In this document: piece after piece, positions 24,452 to 32,861 of the stretch
Numbering within the stretch: position 1 is the first letter of the stretch
Layout: every line of letters begins with the position of its first letter
Origin: Streblomastix strix
Taxonomy: Eukaryota
NCBI GenBank assembly: GCA_008636045.1
Contig: SNRW01000063.1
Location: forward strand, 1 to 32,861
Reading direction: 5' to 3'
Length of the DNA stretch: 32,861 nucleotides
The notes under the pieces: generated by a model
What the model saw: only the letters and a program-made list of their open reading frames with translations
Database searches by the model: none
Told to the model about the DNA's origin: nothing
Position numbers and translations under genes: made by a program

Positions 24452-25269
24452 TGGTGGTTCCGCCATCAGACTACAAGAACAATTTTTTTACTATAAAATT
24501 ATTTAAATGTATTATATAATCATTTTAATATATGTAAATTAAAAAATATTGCCGTGAAAAAACTTTAATAGAAAATATTTTAATTCGATTTTTCGAGTAC
24601 TAGCGATTATAAATTTAAAATTATTCGCTGATTTTAATTAAAAAATTATTTAATAAATTTTTAATTATAAATTTTTATGTTTAGGCAACATGAATTGTTG
24701 AAAATTAAAAATCGCATTGTTTTGCTATTTATGATACCACGCTAGTCAATCACTGATTTATTTTCATTAAATTCTTTATTTTTCATTTCAATTATTTGAA
24801 TTTAATAAAATATTTAATATTTTTATTTTCCTGTAGTGCAAAAATAGGTTGTTTTTATTTTTTAATTTTGTACGTATTTTTTCAACATTAAAATAAAAAT
24901 TTATAAGATTTATTATTTTACTAACTACAATTATTAAATTTACAAAAATTTAATTCTAAAATTGAAATGAAAATAATGGCAATACGGCTGAAAATGGCCA
25001 AATTATGAGATTTTTAATTTTCAGCGGTACATGTAGCCTAAACATTAGAATTTATTTTTAAATATTTATAAAATAATTTTTTAATTAAATTCATTGAACA
25101 ATTTTTAATTTGTAGCCGCTAGTACTCGTAAAATCGAAATAAATTTTTTTCTATTGATTTTTTTTCATAACAATATTTTTTAATTTACATTTACGAAAAA
25201 TGTTTATATAATTCATTTAAATATTTTAAAATAAAAAATTGTAAATGTTTAGTCTGATCGGAATCATCC
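24452..25269. mobile_element. Non-autonomous foldback element (818 bp), ~280-340-bp degenerate TIRs, 4-bp TSD ATAT
   Basis: ATAT|TGGTGGTTCCGCCATCAGACTA ... TAGTCTGATCGGAATCATCC|ATAT. Symmetric blocks CGAGTACTAGCG (24594) / CGCTAGTACTCG (25117) and ATGTTTAGGC / GCCTAAACAT. Confidence 0.85.
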
Positions 25270-27119
25270 ATATTTAAAATACTTATGACGAAAAGTGCGC
25301 ATTTTTAAATTTTTTAACTTTATCAAAAGAAACTCTATAATACACTCAAAATAATTATTACATTCGTTTATATATCATAATACTTGAATTTTTAATTGTA
25401 ATTAAATGCAAAATTTTCCTGATTATGCACTAAAAACGATCTTATTAAAAATTTCAAGACAAATTTTCACATTAAGCTGCAAGTCGATACAATATTACTA
25501 TATATTATATATTTTATACATATTATGATAAATTTAAGCTGTTATATATTACATAAATTATTAAATAACAGTAGTTAGTGAGGATAGATTAGTTTATATA
25601 TTTTTTTTTTACATATTTTGAATCAATTTAAAAAAAATATGTACATTTATGTATTTTATTCACAATTAGACCGACCCACATTTCTGGTTTGTCCTGCCCC
25701 ACTTTACCCCCTGTGGCAATTTTGTACCCCCAAAAATATATACCGATTTGTTCTAATATTTGTTATGATAAAATGCACTTCGTTTTTAGTGATTAGAAAA
25801 ATCCACATACTCAATGATTGAGATTTTTAGATTTTTTTCATTTCAAAATCCACCAGTCGCTATAACTCAAATTTACCTTTTATAATGTTTTCGCACATTA
25901 GATATAGTTGTTTGACGTATATGTTCAATAATAACATTTTGGAAGTTATGCATTTGGAAAATGCAGTGAGAATTTTATCAAATGTTGTGCTGCTATTTTC
26001 TTTTCATTCGTAAAAATAACTTATTTATTAAACATTGATATATATTATTAATTATTAAAATTGTTTTATTACTATTTTTATGCAATTATTAAGAGTGCAC
26101 TGAAAATTTTACGCAATGAAAAATTTTCGGGAAAAATAAATGCCAAAAAAATGTGTAAAATATTCTAATCTATATTAATTTGATTTTAATCATTAATAGA
26201 TATTTTTTAATTACAAATGTATTTATATTTGATCATTAAGAATTTATAGTTTGAAAGAAATTTTTTCATAATCTTGCCAACCTGGTAAATTTTTGACCTG
26301 CTACTATCGTATCCTTTACATATATAATTTATTTTTTGATTTATTAACAAAATTCTATTGTTAATTTAATTAATGAATCAACTTATTATAAAGCATTACA
26401 ATAAATTGACTAATTAAATTAGTAGTTATGATTAAAAAATTAATTTGGGATTTTCAAAGACAAAATCCTATATCTTTTAATCATAATATATACAATTCAT
26501 TTATTGAATTTATAATCTATATCTTAATAAAATATCTCGCTCATAAGGGAATAAACTTGACTCAAAGCGTTAGAATCGAGATTATAATTATTTTTATTTC
26601 ATTATTTCATATTTTAAATTTTAGTTCATGCATGTTTACGCTGTTGCTTACTTTAAATTTGCTATTTTTTAATGAAATCCTTTTGTAAAACTCTGATAAT
26701 TTGATTTTTATCAGTTTATTTTAATATTTTTTTAATTATCAGGTAAATTATATTCAAAATTATAATGTTTTAATAAAAACATTACTTATTTCCATAGAAT
26801 AGAAGTTAAATTTAAGATTTTTTCTGATTATTAAAAAGTTTCATTCTTTCGTTTCGGATTGATGACTAATGATAGCATTGATTTTGTAGCTAGTAGTTAT
26901 TTTTCTTCATTGCATTTCGATAAAGATGTTTGATTTTTTTTGGTTTAATGCTCTATGATGGTCTTGCATATTATTTCATTTTATGCACATTGAATAAATT
27001 TAAAATTAATTATTATTCTTTTGATTCAAAAAAGAGTTTTAAAAAAGATTTAATATTTCATTTTTTATTAAATTAATTAAAAAATAAATATAATTTTATG
27101 TTTATTAATATCATATTAT

Positions 27120-28560
27120 ACAAATGGCAAAATGGAACTAAGCGAAAAAGTAGAAGGTTTTTATTCCAACGGAATATTACGTTAAATTATATTTTTTTTA
27201 GAAGTATCAGAACATGAAATGGATACTATTCAGGAGAAATTGAAGAGATTCTTATTGATAATTTTTTAAAAGAAATATTTCATAAGAAACTATAAAGGAG
27301 AATAGATACCAAGACATATTTTCAAGAATAAGATCATTAATGAATTATTGTCTTAAAGTTTTAACTTAAGAACTTTTTTGAAGGTTTTCCTTAGTTAGAA
27401 ATTATACGTTTTAAAAGAATTAATTATTTAATAATGATCGTACTTTCGAAGACTATCACAAAAAAAGATAATATGTTATATTTAGAAATGAAAAAATTTA
27501 TTAGGTTTTCTTAGTACAAAAATTGTTCTGAAATTTAGACATTTGATTTAAGATATAAAGTGCATTCCAGTTGAATAGTATTAAATTAAATTCTAATGAA
27601 AAAATCTTAAGGCTGTAAAAATATTGGAATATTGTAAAATCAATGATAATGAATAAATTACTTATTCGATTAATAAAATATCAGTTAATTGAGTTCGGAA
27701 TAAATTATTTTAAATAAGTACCAAATGATTGATGAATTTGATAAATACAAAATTAATAGATAAAAATTAATACTAACTGAAAATAAAATGAAGATGAATA
27801 AATGCAAGAAGATTATGAAATCCAGAGCAAAAAATCATTTTATCTGATTGTCCCATCAGAAGAATTATGATTACTAATATGCACTTCATTAATATTAATT
27901 TGAAGATTGCAAATAATTTTAATGAAGGCTTTTATCAGTTAAAATTGAACATTAAAATGTGCTTTTCTAAAAAATTTATTAATTTATTTACTTATCATTT
28001 AAAACATTTCTCTTCACGATCTTTGATTTAATGCCAAAAATCTTAATCAAAACTTTAGATCCATTCGCAGCTTAAACAACTTCACATTCCATAGCTGCAA
28101 AATGGTAATGATTCAAATAGCGAGATTTAGTCTGAAGAAATATATGAGGAGGACCTCCAGGCCAAAATTTATATCATATGCAGCCAAAAAAGTGAAATCA
28201 AAGTTATTTGATATAACAAAAGTGAATTCTACTCCATTAACAAGACCTCCGGAGTTTCTATAGCATCTTGTTGAAATTCGAGCCTATGATGAAAGCGAAA
28301 AGGAATTAGATGCTGATATGATGAAATTGCTAGAAAATAATCTTCATATGGAGAAGAGTTAATTTAAAATTGAAAAATTTAGGTGTAAAGTGACTTTCAA
28401 GCGTAGTTAAGCAAAAATTACAGATTGAAGCAGACTGTCCAGAAGACTATAGTGCTCAAAGGGTAGAATGAGGGAGAGCATATTGAGTACTGCAACTGTC
28501 AACGTAGCCATAACGCCTATCATTTGCTTCAATCTTTAAAAAGAAATCGTTGTTGGTTAC
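27120..28560 (+). pseudogene. Degraded coding remnant, possibly transposase-derived
   Basis: Open stretch KYMRRTSRPKFISYAAKKVKSKLFDITKV...EIRAYDESEKELDADMMKLLENNLHMEK (~28140-28425) and a YCNC motif near 28490. Many stops and frameshifts. Family not established. Confidence 0.35.
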
Positions 28561-28602
28561 CATTATCAAATTCATTACATTTTCTGCAGTTCTACGAGGT
28601 TA

Positions 28603-29567
28603 GTTACGGAAGAAGGAACTATTGATATGAAGAAAGATGAAATTGCATAAGCATGTGTTGATAGCTTGAATAATCTTGAAATATATAATTATCCTTAACT
28701 TATTAATATGGAAGTATCTCTTCTAAGTATATTCTCAGGAATTTATGGAATCACTAATGAATAGATTATAGCTTAAGGATTAAGTAATATACGCAACTTT
28801 AACAAGCTAACAGAAAATGCAGAAAAGAACTATGTATAAGCTGCATTTAGTGGAGAACGTAAGCCAAATCTATGGATTATAACAAAAATCATATGATTCC
28901 TTTACAAAGGCTACTATGAATAACCAATTTAACCATTACAGAATCAGAATTCTGAAGTGAAAAAATAATAGAAAATATCTAATACAGTGTAATAAATTGA
29001 GAAGCATGAGATAGATTTAAAAGAGCCTTTCATACTATTAGATGTATCATACGATGCATTTAACGGAAAATATGAAAATAAATTAGTATTAGTACCATAA
29101 GATTTATTGAAACTGATTTATGTTTTACGTTACTAATATGGTTGGTATTTCATCATAAAAGAATGCGATTGCATCGTTGGAAAAAATACTATAAAATATA
29201 AATGTAAGACATCATTTTATGATTAATTACGTTCAATTTGACTTTAATAAGATGACAAAAACATATCACAGCAATTCATGCATTAGAATAATACCATTCA
29301 CTATTTGAGAAGGTTGGTATGAAATTCATTAGTAACAATCAAAGTATATTCAGTATATTTTTAGGATTCAAATACATATAATTACATGAAGTGGATTGGA
29401 CAAAAATAGAATAATTCCTATGATTAGTCGAAGACACTATTGCAGTGAATGATGAATTGATTTATGAATATTTATTAAATTGGTTTTCATTTATTGTATA
29501 GAATATTCGAAAGAAAACTGAAACTTCAATTATACTTTAAAGATTATAAGGTGTTGGTAAGAATGCT
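28603..29567 (+). pseudogene. Second, 5'-truncated copy of the primase/helicase remnant
   Basis: EEGTIDMKKDEIAQACV...NYPQLINMEVSLL...YEYLLNWFSFIVQNIRKKTETSIILQRLQGVGKN (Walker A GxxGxGK, eroded). It has TGA stops and one frameshift, and ends at the same breakpoint as copy A. Confidence 0.8.
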
Positions 29568-30043
29568 CGTTCTTTAATTAAAGTTTAAATTCATGTTAGA
29601 TATATATAATTAATTTTAAAAAATTGCTTTACACCTGATTTATATACAGGGTGAGAAAAATATAGGACTTTGGCCGATTTAGAAGCACGGGTTTGAAATT
29701 AATTGCAATAATATTTTAATATTAAATATACAATTTGTGTACTACAATTTTTATACTAATTTCTAATCTCACATTCATACAGTAGAAGAGTTGAGATTTA
29801 AGACTCCATTTAATATATATAAAATTTTGAAATACAATATTTATAACTATTAAATTACTCAGATATATCATTTATGGCAAATATATATTTCATTAACATA
29901 CATGTATATATGCAATTAAAATAAAATTAAGTTAAATCCCAGCCTTTATAAAATTTTAAAAATTATTAATTATTTACAATAAAACTTAACTCAAAATTAA
30001 AATTTTATAAGTTCAAAATTTTATAACCTTTATATAATTTTGC

Positions 30044-30244
30044 TAAAGTCGCTGTTCTTGTAATAGAATTATGTGCCGACTCTTATTTTCAATTTCGAAG
30101 AAATGTCATTGCAATTGAATGGAAATTGGAATGGCTTGGTAATTAATCCTGCAGATCTTATTCCTTGTTTTAGACTTGTAATTCGACGTATGCATAACGT
30201 AACTTTTGTATTTTGCATCGCTACAGATGATTATTAAATATCAT
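30044..30244 (+). pseudogene. Short pogo/DDE_1 transposase fragment (duplicate of 14943-15144)
   Basis: LIFNFEEMSLQLNGNWNGLVINPADL..FRLVIRRMHNVTFVFCIATD. Confidence 0.8.
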
Positions 30245-31880
30245 TATAGTCAAACCTTTTTCATGGTTAATTGTTATTAATTGGAATAACAAGTGTTAAC
30301 ATGTAAGAATTTGCTTTGACAAATAGTATATTTTTTTATTTGTTAATAAAATATTAAAAAAAAACAATTAGTATTATCAAAATATAACATTTATTTACAC
30401 ATATGTTTATTATTTCGGTAGAAAACATTGTGTTACTATCCAAAAAAAGTCTAAAAAAAATTGATATTTATAAAAATAGTATAAATATAGTATGTTCTTG
30501 AAATATATTATTAAATATAAATTAATTCTTTTAAATTTAAAAGTTGGGATTGTTTTGAAAGTTTGCTGAGGTGAAATGGGGATTTTTAACAATTGAAATT
30601 TATTCGGTGCAAATTTAGCTAACAACAACCTGAGATTCAAATAATTTTATTAATAAATTGAAAATGATATATATTTAAACTACAAAAAATAATATATTTC
30701 AAACTTTGCTGACTGATAGGGCTTTCTGAATGCATAAAAGTTTACAATTTTCTCCAGCAAGCTTCATATAGTAATAGTGAATGTTTTTGACGGAAAACCG
30801 CATTAAAATGGGCGGTTCTCATCAGAGGGAATATCTATCATTTTATATAATATTTAAATTTATTATGGTAAAATACAAAAAAGTCAGAATACATATTATG
30901 TTCAAAAATGCACATCTTAGGAGATAAATGATTTTTATTTTTTTTTCTAAAAATTTTATTTTTTTATTTATTTGTTCTGTTTAAATAATTATTTAATAGT
31001 AATTATTATTTATTAATAATTAAATGTAAATATATTAAAATTTTTACTAATATAATAATTATACTATGTTGAAATTTCATAAAAACAATTTTATTATAAT
31101 TTAAGAATAAACGTGCTTAAAATTATTAAGTAAGATTTATATATGTTGTTATTTAATAAAATTTATACAGAAGATCTTATTAATAGCAAAAATAATTATT
31201 ATAAAATTTCCAATATTGTTCCAATCAAATTAAAAACAACTTTTTAAACTAAAATAAATAAATTAAAAATTTCTTTTATTTAGAATAAAATTACAAATTA
31301 ATTAAAAATATATGTTATTAACAAAAAATGAAACAAAATTGTAATATTAATATTATTTATATATTAAGTATAAAAAATCATATGTTGCAAATGAATTTCA
31401 AAACAAACGAGCAAAAAAAATTATTCCAACTTTCATGAATCAGTAATATCGCCACACTGAAAGTTATAGAATTAATAAATGTATATTAAAAATATTAAAA
31501 TATATTAAAATAAATAAAATAAATAATAAACACACTTCTACTATTGTTGGATGATATAGAAACATGTATGTGTAAAAAATAAAAAAAATTTGACACAGCT
31601 TTTGATATGTAGAAGAAAATATCAATAAGTCTAAGATTTAAAATTAATATATAATATAATTAAAAAATAATAAATTGAAAAAATAATCATAACTAATGTG
31701 AATATCGACTTTTCAATCTTTTTAGCTTGCTAAAAATTGTTCGCGAATTTAACATGTGATATATCTAAATAAAATAATAAAATCATTAGTATTATAATGT
31801 GAATCACTAGGAATACTCGTTTTAATTTTTTTGAAAAAGTGGATGATTACTAACAATTGATTCATTTAATCATTGTATTT

Positions 31881-32700
31881 GCGTAATTCCAAACCAAAAC
31901 GCAACCGCATATTTTTTTGGCAAAAATAAATTAAAAATATTATTTTAATATAAGTTTTATATAATCTTTTTTGCTTTTTTTGCTCGTCTCGCATAGGAGT
32001 AGAAAAAACTAAAAGAGCTGTAGCAAACGTTTGAGCCAATCAAGTTCAGAAAAGAAGAGTTTATTATATATATTTTATTAAAATAATCATATTTATATAT
32101 CAATTTTATATTTTAATGTTACAGTCAGCCTGGGAAATCTTTGAGGGCAATTTTTAAGTTTTACAATAGATATATAGTTCGAATTCGCTTAAATTTATTT
32201 TTTAAATATTTTATAATTTAATTTTATGTTACATTAAATTTTAATATTGTCATATTTTAATCAGTTTCAACTTTATATTGCGAAATAAAATTAAAATGTA
32301 ATAGAATTTGGGAATTTGATTAAAAATTTTTATGAATTGTTACTTTTTATTTTGATAAAAAATGAAACTAGCAAAAATTGTAAAAATTTGTTACACTTGA
32401 AAATGTACAATCACTAAAAAATACATCAAAGTTACATTTGAAGATTTACCTGGCTGACTGTAAAATTAAAATATAAAGTTGATATATAAATATGATTATT
32501 TTAATAAAATATATATAATAAACTCTTCTTTTCTGAACTTGATTGGCTCAAACGTTTGCTACAGCTCCTTTAGTTTTTTCTACTCCTATGCGAGACGAGC
32601 AAAAAAGCAAAAATGGTTATATAAAACATATATTAAAATAATATTTTTAATTTATTTTTGCCAAAAAAGTATGCGGTTGCGTTTTGGTTTGGAATTACCC
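31881..32700. mobile_element. Young foldback element (820 bp), highly similar ~240-bp arms (~260 bp including the inner MITE ends), 4-bp TSD ATTT
   Basis: ATTT|GCGTAATTCCAAACCAAAACGCAACCGCATA ... TATGCGGTTGCGTTTTGGTTTGGAATTACCC|ATTT. Arms 31881-32121 and 32461-32700 are near-perfect reverse complements. Confidence 0.93.
32122..32460. mobile_element. pogo-type MITE (339 bp) nested at the centre of the foldback
   Basis: TA|CAGTCAGCCTGGGAAATCTT ... AAGATTTACCTGGCTGACTG|TA, i.e. 20-bp TIRs with 2 mismatches. The first 7 bp (CAGTCAG) equal the terminus of the pogo at 18329. Confidence 0.75.
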
Positions 32701-32861
32701 ATTTTTACTTTTTTGGCCATTTTATTTAACATTTAACTATTTTTATTCAACATTTTAACCAGCTTTAACTTTAACATTTACTTTATTTTGTTTAATTAAC
32801 GTTTTTTAATTTAACTTTAATCTTTTTGTTCGATGCGAGTACTTCTATGCTTAATTACGTA

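Noticed and set aside
27890..28540. MULE transposase with SWIM finger (ANNFNEGF, YCNC...IC)
   Set aside because: The motifs lie in different frames, the His ligand is missing and no catalytic core is recognisable. Kept only as an unidentified remnant.
30540..30841. Minus-strand mini-gene MIDIPSDENRPFQCGFPSKTF (C2H2-linker-like) and an AACCGC/GCGGTT hairpin
   Set aside because: TGA after 25 codons, no second Cys or His pair, and a stem of only 6 bp.

Overview
Very AT-rich eukaryotic genomic DNA in which TAA/TAG read as Gln and TGA is the only stop (translation table 6), so the supplied ORF track is mostly fragments or artefacts. The code, the short AT-rich spliceosomal introns and the gene families suggest an oxymonad such as Streblomastix; this is inference and a ciliate is not excluded. 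Host genes: the 3' end of a Ser/His-rich protein, a ~1,050-aa Gln/Asn-rich protein, an 11-exon CFAP20DC (C3orf67-like) gene, an F-box-like/RCC1-like repeat protein, and a 3-exon ARM/HEAT-like protein. Most of the rest is mobile-element derived: a young 1,600-bp pogo (DD35D) transposon with perfect 41-bp TIRs, older pogo remnants, and two decayed copies of a primase-polymerase/SF3-helicase gene of Polinton/virus type inside a duplicated chimeric segment. That segment holds an 87-bp perfectly identical island. There are also three long-TIR foldback elements, unrelated by eye beyond their termini, that share GGGT..TTCC ends, 4-bp ATNT target duplications and a near-identical length (812, 818, 820 bp). 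One of them is a spacerless palindrome with a pogo-type MITE sitting exactly on its symmetry axis. All calls were made by eye; no alignment or database search was run.
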